Shown: positions 39,291-47,276 of the stretch, in pieces
How the letters are laid out: the number at the start of each line of letters is the position of its first letter
Position numbering within the stretch: position 1 is the first letter of the stretch
From: Thermoanaerobaculia bacterium
GTDB lineage: Bacteria; Acidobacteriota; Thermoanaerobaculia; UBA5066; Gp7-AA6
Length of the DNA stretch: 64,000 bases
NCBI GenBank assembly: GCA_038239305.1
Contig: JBBSEW010000005.1
Coordinates: 4,795-68,794 of the forward strand
Direction of reading: 5' to 3'
The notes under the pieces: model-generated
What the model was told of the DNA's origin: nothing
What the model saw: the letters and a program-made list of their open reading frames with translations, nothing else
The model's database searches: none
Translations under genes and position numbers: made by a program

Positions 39291-39348
39291 AGGCGCACGA
39301 CGGCAGAACAGAGCGATGCGGCTGGCCGCTTCGCCCTCGAGAGCGTTT

Positions 39349-41070
39349 TCAGCGTCCGGGTGACGGCGGCAGGGCGCGTGACCGATCCATCGCATCGACG
39401 TCGTCCGAGAGCCCCAGGTACTCCCAGCGCTGCAGGGCGATCGGAACGTTGCCGTTCTTCCAGAGAAAATCGTGGAATTCCCGGAGCGAGAACTTCCCGC
39501 CCTGAACGCGGCGGGCATCGGCGAGGAACCGGAGAATCTGAGACTTGCCGATCTGATAGCTGATCGCCTGGCCCGGCGTCGACGCGAACCGCTCGGCTTC
39601 TTCGCGAGCCGTCGCGGGATCCATCGGAACCATCTTCGCGAGGTAGTCCGCCGCCTGGTCGATCGACAGGTCGCCCAGCGCGAGCCGGACATCGACCTCG
39701 ACGCGAAGCGCACGCAGGCGCATGAAGCTCGCGACGATCTCGCGGGTCCGGGGGCTGTCGTCAAAGTACCCGGCGCCGAGGAGCATCTCCTCCGCGTAAA
39801 AGGCGAGCCCTTCGTTCGCCGACGAGTCGTAGTACCGGCGGCGGATCGGATCCGGATGGGTGCGCGACAGCGCGAGCTGGAAGAAGTGGCCGGGGATGCC
39901 TTCGTGGACCAGGAAGGGGCGCGGATCGCGGGCCATCGACTGACCGAAGAATCCGAGCTCCGGCCCGGGCGGCGGAATGTACCGCGTCCCGTCGTCGGTC
40001 GGGCGGGAAGCGGAGGCGAGGTCGTCGAGCTCACCCACGTCGCTCCAGGGAACGAGAAATGGGGGCACGGGCCTTTCCCGGTAATGCCGCATGCCGGCCG
40101 GCACCGACAGGAGGTTCTTCTCCTCGAGGAACCGCCGGACGGACTCTTCATCCCTCGCGGCTTGCGCGATCTCCGCCGCCTGGTCCGGGAACATCGGCAG
40201 AGGCGGAACTCCGGCGTTCCTCGCCTCCTGCCAGGATTCGATCGAGGCGGCCCGGGCCCACTCGAGTCGGCCGAGCGCGACCATCTCTTCCGGCGTGAAC
40301 GGCAGCAGCGCAACGTTGCGCAAAAAGAACAGGTACGCCTCTCGACCGACGGCCGTCTGCGACCGGAGGGTCGGCTCGCGGTTGCCGAGCCAGTCCCTGA
40401 AGTCTTCGAGCGACGCGATTGCCCGCTCCGTCGCCGCGTCCAGTGTCTCCGCGCTCGACCGATCCAGATGAGGCTTCAGCTCCCGCATCGCGCTCGAGAG
40501 CCGGGAACGGATGTCCGAGAGGCGCGATATCGCGAGCCGGGCGAACGGTCCTGCCGCCGGAACGAGGTTGCCCTTCGCGCTATCGATCGTCGCGGAAATG
40601 TTCGCGACGCGGCGCATGATCTCCGCGCTCCGGGTCTTCGAAAACGGCGGCGGCTCGAGAAGCAGCTCGAACACGGCTCCGAGCGACTGGTCGACGTAGA
40701 ACGCCGGATTGCGCTCCCATCCACGCTCCACATCGAGCTCCCAGCGAACGCGCGCGAAAGCGGAGCGCAGCAGGCGCCGATCCACCTGCCAGGGAACCGG
40801 CAGCCCGGAGGAATCGAGTCGCGCGAGCCTCTCTTCGAACGCGGCGAGCTCGCCCCGCCGTCTGGTGATCGCCGCCTTTGTCCAGACCGGGACCCACGCC
40901 GGAGGCCGCTCGATGCGCGGTACGTCGTCGCCCGAGAAAGGCTGGTTCGCCGACCGCCATGCCCAGAAATCACGAGACAGGTCCTGCAGATCGTCGGCGG
41001 ACGCGACCGCCGCCGCGACCGCCAGGAGACAGCTGGCCGCGAGGAGACTGCGGAGCCTCAAGGGAAGCAC
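39349..41070 (-). CDS. secreted DUF885-family protein (zincin-like HEGIPGH)
   Basis: Signal peptide; HEGIPGHFFQ motif typical of DUF885. Confidence 0.8.
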   Translation of the reverse strand: MLPLRLRSLLAASCLLAVAAAVASADDLQDLSRDFWAWRSANQPFSGDDVPRIERPPAWVPVWTKAAITRRRGELAAFEERLARLDSSGLPVPWQVDRRLLRSAFARVRWELDVERGWERNPAFYVDQSLGAVFELLLEPPPFSKTRSAEIMRRVANISATIDSAKGNLVPAAGPFARLAISRLSDIRSRLSSAMRELKPHLDRSSAETLDAATERAIASLEDFRDWLGNREPTLRSQTAVGREAYLFFLRNVALLPFTPEEMVALGRLEWARAASIESWQEARNAGVPPLPMFPDQAAEIAQAARDEESVRRFLEEKNLLSVPAGMRHYRERPVPPFLVPWSDVGELDDLASASRPTDDGTRYIPPPGPELGFFGQSMARDPRPFLVHEGIPGHFFQLALSRTHPDPIRRRYYDSSANEGLAFYAEEMLLGAGYFDDSPRTREIVASFMRLRALRVEVDVRLALGDLSIDQAADYLAKMVPMDPATAREEAERFASTPGQAISYQIGKSQILRFLADARRVQGGKFSLREFHDFLWKNGNVPIALQRWEYLGLSDDVDAMDRSRALPPSPGR

Positions 41071-41074
41071 CGGC

Positions 41075-43591
41075 TCACGGCGCGGCTGCCGCGCGGACCC
41101 GGGCCGCGCCCGCGCCGATCGGACGCCCGGGCGGAGCGGGAACCGCCTTCGGCCGAGCCTTCCGCGTTTCGGGCTCTTCGAAGAATTCGGCGATGTCGCG
41201 CTCCGCCTGCCGCAGGTGCGCCTCTATGGCCGCCTCCGCGGAGTGCCGGCTCTTGAGCTCGCGCTCCAGAGCTCGCAAGCGGTCGGTCGCGAGAGCGTGC
41301 ACTTCCGGCGAGCTGTCCGTTCTCGACGCCAGATCGAGCAGTGCGTCGAGAACCCGGCGCTGCGCGACGCGGCGCAATGCGGCGAGACGAGGGGTGCGGT
41401 CAGCGGGAGCGCTCCACGTCGCGGAGGTGAGCCGCGCCAGCAACCCGTCGAAGCCGAGCTCGTTTCGACTCGACGCGAGGGTCATGCGGGCGGCCCTGTC
41501 GGGTTCCACGAGCGGATCGACCACGAGCCCGACCAGGACGCGCGCGGCCGTGAGCGGGCTGAATGTGTCGCCGGCTTCCGATGCGAAGCGCTCGGGCGAG
41601 TCCCGGGTTCCCGACGGGGCCGCCACGAGAACCGCCACGATGCGGTCCGGTATGTCGAGGTTTGCGGGCTCAATAGCGGCGAGCAGCAGATCGAGCGCGC
41701 GGCGCTGTCGGTCCGCCGGCACCCAGGCAACGGGCTTCTGGCCATCCCCGGCGACGGCGTTCGTCTGGTACTGGCCGCCGATGAACTGCTGAGCGGCCTG
41801 GATCCCGAAGCGATGGTACAGGTAGGCGAGGTTGAAGCGCTGCTGGAGGCTCGCGACCCACTCTCCCGGCTTGAGCTGGCCGACGCCGAATCGATCGAGG
41901 ATCAGGCGGCGCACGGCGGACGTCGTCGCCAGCCATTCGACCGGGTCCTTGCCCCAGTCGTACTCCGCCCAGCGCGGATCGGCGTCGAGCGGATACACGA
42001 TGCCTTTCGCATAGCCCTCGCGCACGATCCGGTCGAGCTCCGCCGGGTCGTCGGCCGCGCCGTATCCCCAGCGGATCACGAGGCGGTCGTACGAGCCGAT
42101 ATCCTTCGGATAAGCGTCCGAGAGATCGAGTTTTCCATCCCTGAGCTGCACGTTCGGCGCAAGGTAATCCATCACCGATCCCCACCCGAAGGTCGTCGCG
42201 GCCCAGTTGTGCATCAGCCCGATCGTGTGGCCGACTTCGTGGGCTGACAGGTACGCGAGCCGCTGCAGGACGAGCGACTGTTCGTCGAGACCCGGATCCG
42301 TCGCGGCGATCCAGCCCGCCTCCGGAGCGTCCGCCGCCGTGCACGCTTCCCGCAAAGGCGGAAGCATGTTGTTCCAGATCCGGCTCGTGGTCCGCCGGCG
42401 GTGGGAATCGATCCGCGCGACGCCATGCAGGATCTCGCCGGTCCGCGGATCCGTCTGCGTCCCTCCGACCGACCAGCCGCGATCCATGCGGTTGATCCAT
42501 TCGATCCCGGAGTAGCGGGCATCGAGGAACGTCGCGCCTTCCGGCAGGTCCTTCAACACGAAGGCATTCCGGAATCCGGCTTCCTCGAACGCGTGGTTCC
42601 ACCAGAGCGCGCCCTCGCGGATCGCCTGCCGCTCGGGCTCGGGAATTCCGCGGTCGAGGTAGTAAACGATCGGCTCGACCGGATCGGACAGAGCGGCGGC
42701 CGGATCCTTCGGGATGAGCCTCCAGCGAATCGCGAAGAACTTTTCGATCGGCTCGGTGTACGGGGCCGTGTGGTCGACGTATCGCTCGGGGATGAACCCG
42801 ATGCGCGGGTCGAGAGCGCGCAGGGTGTAACCCGGCTCGGGCAACCGGAGGAACGTGTGGTGGATTCGGAGGCTCATCGTGCGATGGTCGGGCAGCACGG
42901 CCGCGATATCGCGCGGAGCGTTGTCCGACACGAACGTCTCGATCACTTCGAGCTCGGTGTTCCGCGGAAACGCGCCGCTCCGGTCAAACGTCAGGGCGGA
43001 GCGGGAGACGTCCTGGCGCCAGTCCCCGGCCTTCGCCTGTTTGAGCTGCGGAAGAATCTGGGTGTCGCCCAGGAGAAACGCCGTCGCGTCGACCAGGACA
43101 CGGTCGCCATCTTCCGCGACCACCGGCAGCGACGCGAGCACGGCGGAGGGAAAGGACTCCGCGACGACGCGAGACCGCTCCGCGTCCGAGACGCCGCTGC
43201 GATGCGTGACCTGCCTCTGGTGGAGAAGGACGCGAGGACCGACGCGTTCGAACCGGCAGAGCGCGAGGTCGCCGAGCTCTCCGCGATCGAGCGAGACAGA
43301 GATCGTTCCCGCGCCACCCGCGAGTCCCGAACCGTAGAGGAAGTCGTCGTTCCACCGCGCGATCTCGAGGAGCAGCGCCCCGTGGCGCGCATCCCAGTAA
43401 TACGGAAGGAATCCGTCGTGGCGCGCGAGATCCTTCACGCGATCGGAGAGGGCGACGGTCCGATCCGGGGCGCCGTGCTCGGCAGACGCAGGCATCGGCG
43501 CGGGTCTGTCGGACGGAGCGGCCTGGGCGATGAGGCTCGAAGAGGCCGCCAAACAGGCCACCACGGCCGATGACGCGAGGACTCGTCGCAT
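41075..43591 (-). CDS. secreted zinc-dependent metalloprotease (DUF4953-type, HEVGHTIGLMHN)
   Basis: Signal peptide; HExxH...N zincin motif; 838 aa multi-domain. Confidence 0.85.
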   Translation of the reverse strand: MRRVLASSAVVACLAASSSLIAQAAPSDRPAPMPASAEHGAPDRTVALSDRVKDLARHDGFLPYYWDARHGALLLEIARWNDDFLYGSGLAGGAGTISVSLDRGELGDLALCRFERVGPRVLLHQRQVTHRSGVSDAERSRVVAESFPSAVLASLPVVAEDGDRVLVDATAFLLGDTQILPQLKQAKAGDWRQDVSRSALTFDRSGAFPRNTELEVIETFVSDNAPRDIAAVLPDHRTMSLRIHHTFLRLPEPGYTLRALDPRIGFIPERYVDHTAPYTEPIEKFFAIRWRLIPKDPAAALSDPVEPIVYYLDRGIPEPERQAIREGALWWNHAFEEAGFRNAFVLKDLPEGATFLDARYSGIEWINRMDRGWSVGGTQTDPRTGEILHGVARIDSHRRRTTSRIWNNMLPPLREACTAADAPEAGWIAATDPGLDEQSLVLQRLAYLSAHEVGHTIGLMHNWAATTFGWGSVMDYLAPNVQLRDGKLDLSDAYPKDIGSYDRLVIRWGYGAADDPAELDRIVREGYAKGIVYPLDADPRWAEYDWGKDPVEWLATTSAVRRLILDRFGVGQLKPGEWVASLQQRFNLAYLYHRFGIQAAQQFIGGQYQTNAVAGDGQKPVAWVPADRQRRALDLLLAAIEPANLDIPDRIVAVLVAAPSGTRDSPERFASEAGDTFSPLTAARVLVGLVVDPLVEPDRAARMTLASSRNELGFDGLLARLTSATWSAPADRTPRLAALRRVAQRRVLDALLDLASRTDSSPEVHALATDRLRALERELKSRHSAEAAIEAHLRQAERDIAEFFEEPETRKARPKAVPAPPGRPIGAGAARVRAAAAP

Positions 43592-43725
43592 CGTAACCCC
43601 CGGGCGTGAAATGACTTAACGGCCCAACATCCTACCTCAGAGCGCTACCGCACAACGATCTATCGACATTCATGATTCAATGTTGCCAGCGTTTTCCGAT
43701 TCGTTTTTCTCGAAAGGAGTTCTCC

Positions 43726-43863
43726 ATGGCGACGACTAATTCCTCCGCGTCGGCTCCTGTAAACGTTTCCACTCCGAGCGGACCGCAGCGCAACGAACGT
43801 CCCTTTATCGGCGACGGGGCGCCCAAATTTGTCATCAAGCTGACGACTCCGATTCCTTCCTAG
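43726..43863 (+). CDS. small peptide (45 aa) in AT-rich islet
   Basis: AAAGGAG SD 7 nt before the ATG; MATTNSSASAPVNVSTPSGPQRNERPFIGDGAPKFVIKLTTPIPS; GC3 lower than genome average. Confidence 0.4.
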   Translation: MATTNSSASAPVNVSTPSGPQRNERPFIGDGAPKFVIKLTTPIPS

Positions 43864-43926
43864 TAATGGATCCTTCGCTTTAGCTTCCAATCCCAGCACA
43901 GCTGACCATGGTGTACGCTTTGCAGA

Positions 43927-44304
43927 TTGGCTCATCCATCCATGGACACTGCTCGCCAGCGACAGGAAGAGGCCTATCGAGTCCTTGACGAGACTCTGCC
44001 CGTCATTCACGCGGCGCTCGTCGGGTATTACGGATTCGGCACTCCTGAGGCGGAGGCATTTCAGGACACTCTGTGTGTCTGGTTCCACCGTGTCGCACGA
44101 CGCATGGGTGCTCATGCGATCCATGCCGAGGAACTGCGGGAGCAGATTCTTTTTGTAGCCTGCAAGTACGCCCGGGCTTTCCAGATCGCCAAACATCGCG
44201 GGGGTCCGGTTGCCGACGACCTGAGTCTCACGCTCAACCGCGCCCCGGAAGAGGTGGCCGTGGAGCTACTCGGTCGCGTGACCGCCGCTGGAGCGTACCT
44301 GTGA
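43927..44304 (+). CDS. hypothetical 125-aa protein with weak sigma-70 region-2-like segment
   Basis: EAEAFQDTLCVWFHRVARR ... ILFVACKYARAFQIAKHR resembles ECF sigma region 2.1-2.4 and no region 4; start TTG 43927 or ATG 43942. Confidence 0.45.
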   Translation: MAHPSMDTARQRQEEAYRVLDETLPVIHAALVGYYGFGTPEAEAFQDTLCVWFHRVARRMGAHAIHAEELREQILFVACKYARAFQIAKHRGGPVADDLSLTLNRAPEEVAVELLGRVTAAGAYL

Positions 44305-45410
44305 GCGGGGAGCTCGTCCTCTTTCCCAGGCTGGCGGGCGGCGTCTCAGCCGAGCTTGCCCGGGAGACGGCGAAGCGCATCCTCGGCTTGTCTCTTGAGG
44401 AGCGCTCGACTCTCGCAGGAGAGCTCCATCTCGATGAGCCCGAGACCTTTCTCGCCCTCTGTCAGATGCTCGATGAGCAGATGGATCACACGCCGCTGAA
44501 GACTCGCGACGACGCCCAATGGATCTACGAGTATCTTCATCGCGAATCGCCAGGGTCTTTCCTCTTCGACGAGCGCGAGTACTACCTCGGCGAACTGGCT
44601 CTCCTCGCAGGAACCGCGGCCCGCATCCTCGCGGAGTACGACCAGGCGCGCACTTGGCTGGACCGTTCCGAAGCCTGGTTTCTCTTGACCGTCAACGCGA
44701 GCGGGGACATCGCGCGAATCGCACTTCAACGGTTGTCGGTCAGGGTGGAGCAACGCGAATTCGGAGAAGTCATCGCTCTCTCGCTCCCCTTGCGAGAAGC
44801 ATTTCTGCGAAGCGGAAGTCGCGAACATGCTTTGAAGTGCCGGTATCTCGAGGCTGCGTGCCTCAAGGAAACGGATCGGCTCGCCGAGTCCCTCGAGAGA
44901 TTTACCGCAGTTGTCGAAGAGGCGAAAGCCCTCGGCAGCTCGAAAATTCTCTCTCCCGCGCTCGTATCCGTGATTCAGATTCACTCCTATCTCGGCGAGA
45001 CTGACCGGGCCCTCGCTCTCGCCGCCGAGGCAGCTCCCATCCTCCGAGAGTCCAAGAACCGTGTGGCCCTCGCGAAGCTGCACTGGGGCCTCGCGATGCT
45101 GCTCCGTCAAACCAGCCGTCTGGCGGAATCGGTCGAGGCTTTCCGCATGGCCCAGCAGGAATTTCGGGAGATCGGCCTGCGAGCCGACGTTGCCGCCATT
45201 CACCTCATCATCGCGGACCTTCTTCTGGAAACCGGCCAGGAGCGGCAGGCCGAATGGGAGATCCGCGCCGCCCTCCCGATTCTCGCGGAGCTCAAAATGG
45301 TCCCGGAAGGAATCGCGGCGATGGCGCTCCTCCGGGAGTCCCTGCGCCGCCGGTCGATCGATCGCCAGGCCCTCCGGAACCTGCACGGCTACTTCGAGGA
45401 CCTCGCCTGA
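44301..45410 (+). CDS. TPR-like all-helical protein (~369 aa)
   Basis: GTG start overlapping the upstream stop (GTGA); repeated A/L-rich helical hairpins; no HTH recognised. Confidence 0.55.
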   Translation: MSGELVLFPRLAGGVSAELARETAKRILGLSLEERSTLAGELHLDEPETFLALCQMLDEQMDHTPLKTRDDAQWIYEYLHRESPGSFLFDEREYYLGELALLAGTAARILAEYDQARTWLDRSEAWFLLTVNASGDIARIALQRLSVRVEQREFGEVIALSLPLREAFLRSGSREHALKCRYLEAACLKETDRLAESLERFTAVVEEAKALGSSKILSPALVSVIQIHSYLGETDRALALAAEAAPILRESKNRVALAKLHWGLAMLLRQTSRLAESVEAFRMAQQEFREIGLRADVAAIHLIIADLLLETGQERQAEWEIRAALPILAELKMVPEGIAAMALLRESLRRRSIDRQALRNLHGYFEDLA

Positions 45411-45438
45411 CCCGCCGGCTCAACTCCTCGTAACAGCT

Positions 45439-46344
45439 CTACCCGATCCCCGCGTCCTCCGCCGCGCCCAGCGTGAGCGCGCTCCAGTCGTAATCTTCGC
45501 GGCCCCGCGCCAGTCCTGCCAGGAGGCGGTCGCGGAGCAGGCTCGCCACCGGCATCGGTGCTTTCGATTCCGCCGCGGATCCGAGGACGAGGCTCATGTC
45601 TTTCAGACCGAGCGGCATCGCGAATCCGGCGGGCTGAAACTTTCTTTCCGCAATCGACTTTCCGTAGTTCTGGTAGATCGGGCAAGCGAAGAGAGTCTCT
45701 CCGAACAGGTTCGCCAGCTCGGCCGGCGCGATTCCGTTCTTCTGACCGAGAGCGAAGGCTTCCGCCATCGACTCCATGGCCGCAGCGATCAGGAAATTGC
45801 CGCAGAGCTTCGCGACGCTCGCCGACCCGACCTCGTCGCCGAACTCGTAAATACGCTGGCCGAGCGCGAGGAGGAAGGGCGTCGCCCGCTCCCGCGCCGC
45901 CGCCGCGCCCGACAGACAGATCCAGAGCTTCCGCGCCGCGGCGGCCTCGGGACGCCCGAACACGGGTGCGGCGACGAACGCGCTTCCGGCCTCCTCGTGG
46001 CGCCGGGCGAGCCGGCGGCTCGTCGCGGGCGAGACCGTGCTCATCGAGACGTGCAGTCCTCCCGGCGCGAGAGCCTCGAGGAAACCCGGACTCGAAACGA
46101 CCTCTTCGAGCGCCCGGTCGTCGGCCAGCATCGTGAAGACGACACCTCCCGCGCGGCAGACCTCTGCCGGGCCGCGCGCCTCTTCCGCTCCCGCCGCGAC
46201 GAGCGACTCCGCCTTGCCGGCCGTGCGGTTCCACACGGCGAGCGCGTGACCGGCCGCCCTCAGGTTGGCCGCGATCGGCTCTCCCATCTTCCCGAGACCG
46301 ATGAAACCGACCCGCTCCGCATCGTGCTGCTCCCGCTTTTTCAT
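45439..46344 (-). CDS. NAD(P)-binding 3-hydroxyisobutyrate/6-phosphogluconate dehydrogenase-family oxidoreductase
   Basis: VGFIGLGKMG Rossmann motif; HIBADH-like. Confidence 0.8.
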   Translation of the reverse strand: MKKREQHDAERVGFIGLGKMGEPIAANLRAAGHALAVWNRTAGKAESLVAAGAEEARGPAEVCRAGGVVFTMLADDRALEEVVSSPGFLEALAPGGLHVSMSTVSPATSRRLARRHEEAGSAFVAAPVFGRPEAAAARKLWICLSGAAAARERATPFLLALGQRIYEFGDEVGSASVAKLCGNFLIAAAMESMAEAFALGQKNGIAPAELANLFGETLFACPIYQNYGKSIAERKFQPAGFAMPLGLKDMSLVLGSAAESKAPMPVASLLRDRLLAGLARGREDYDWSALTLGAAEDAGIG

Positions 46345-46436
46345 CCCCCGCTTTTCCATCGGGTCCCCTTTCCCTGCACACTCTTCCGACCTCTCGAATC
46401 CCCGGGGCTCGTTCTGCCCTATTTGGCAGGGACACG

Positions 46437-47096
46437 ATGCCCGCTCAGATCCTCTCCGTCAATCTCGCCGTTCCGCGCACCCTCCGCGCGCGGGGGCGCG
46501 AAATCCGCACCGGCATCTTCAAGGAGCCGGTCGATCGCCGCGTGCGCGCCGTCCGCCTCGGGCTCGAGGGCGACTTTCAGGTCGACAAGCGCTTCCACGG
46601 CGGACCGGAGAAGGCGGTCTTCCTCTACGGCGCAGAGCACGGTGCCTACTGGCGGAAAACACTCGGGCTCGACGCCGCTCCCGGCTATTTCGGGGAGAAT
46701 CTCACGACGGAAGGGCTCGTCGAATCGGACGTCGCGGTGGGCGACACGTACCGCGCCGGCAGCGTGCTCTTCCAGGTGACCACGCCGCGGTCACCTTGCT
46801 ACAAGCTCGGGCTGCGCGTCGGCTCGACGCGGTTTCTCAAGACGTTTCTCGAGAGCGGCCGGCTCGGTTTCTACGTCCGGGTCGTCGAAGAGGGAGACGT
46901 CGGAGCGGGCGACCCGATCGAACGCGTGTCGCGACCCGAGCGGCCCCTCCTCCTCCCGGACCTCATACGGCTGATGTTCTTTCGGCCCGTCGACCCCGAT
47001 GCGGTCGAGAGCGCGCTCGGAAGCGGCAGCCTCGACGCGAGCCTGCGCGAGCACCTCGAGGAGCTCCGCCTGGAGACCCGCTCGACCCGGCTTTGA
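46437..47096 (+). CDS. MOSC-domain protein (YiiM-like)
   Basis: MOSC beta-barrel motifs with conserved Cys (TPRSPCYKLG). Confidence 0.8.
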   Translation: MPAQILSVNLAVPRTLRARGREIRTGIFKEPVDRRVRAVRLGLEGDFQVDKRFHGGPEKAVFLYGAEHGAYWRKTLGLDAAPGYFGENLTTEGLVESDVAVGDTYRAGSVLFQVTTPRSPCYKLGLRVGSTRFLKTFLESGRLGFYVRVVEEGDVGAGDPIERVSRPERPLLLPDLIRLMFFRPVDPDAVESALGSGSLDASLREHLEELRLETRSTRL

Positions 47097-47228
47097 GCCG
47101 CGGCGCGTCGCATCGCGCGAATCTCGCGACCTCATAACTCGCGATCCATCGACGTCTCGAGCCAGGTCCCCATCCAGGGAACGGACATCCGCGGACTGCG
47201 GAATGGGCGGGACCGATAAAAAAGGAAA

Positions 47229-47246
47229 GGGGGCCCGAAGGCCCCC
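47229..47246 (-). terminator. rho-independent terminator for the TonB-dependent receptor gene (GGGGGCC-cgaa-GGCCCCC, U-tract on minus strand)
   Basis: Perfect 7-bp stem with a tetraloop and an A6 run on the + strand immediately 5' (U-tract on minus); second hairpin GACTCG...CGAGTC at 47251-47271. Confidence 0.65.
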
Positions 47247-47276
47247 TCACCGACTCGACGCGAAAGCGAGTCCCGA

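Noticed and set aside
37416-40313. 965-aa minus ORF
   Set aside because: Shadow spanning the PlsC and decarboxylase genes. It is extremely Arg/Ser-rich.
43660-44196. 178-aa minus ORF overlapping the peptide and the 125-aa genes
   Set aside because: Kept only as an alternative. The plus-strand genes have an SD, GTGA coupling and better composition.
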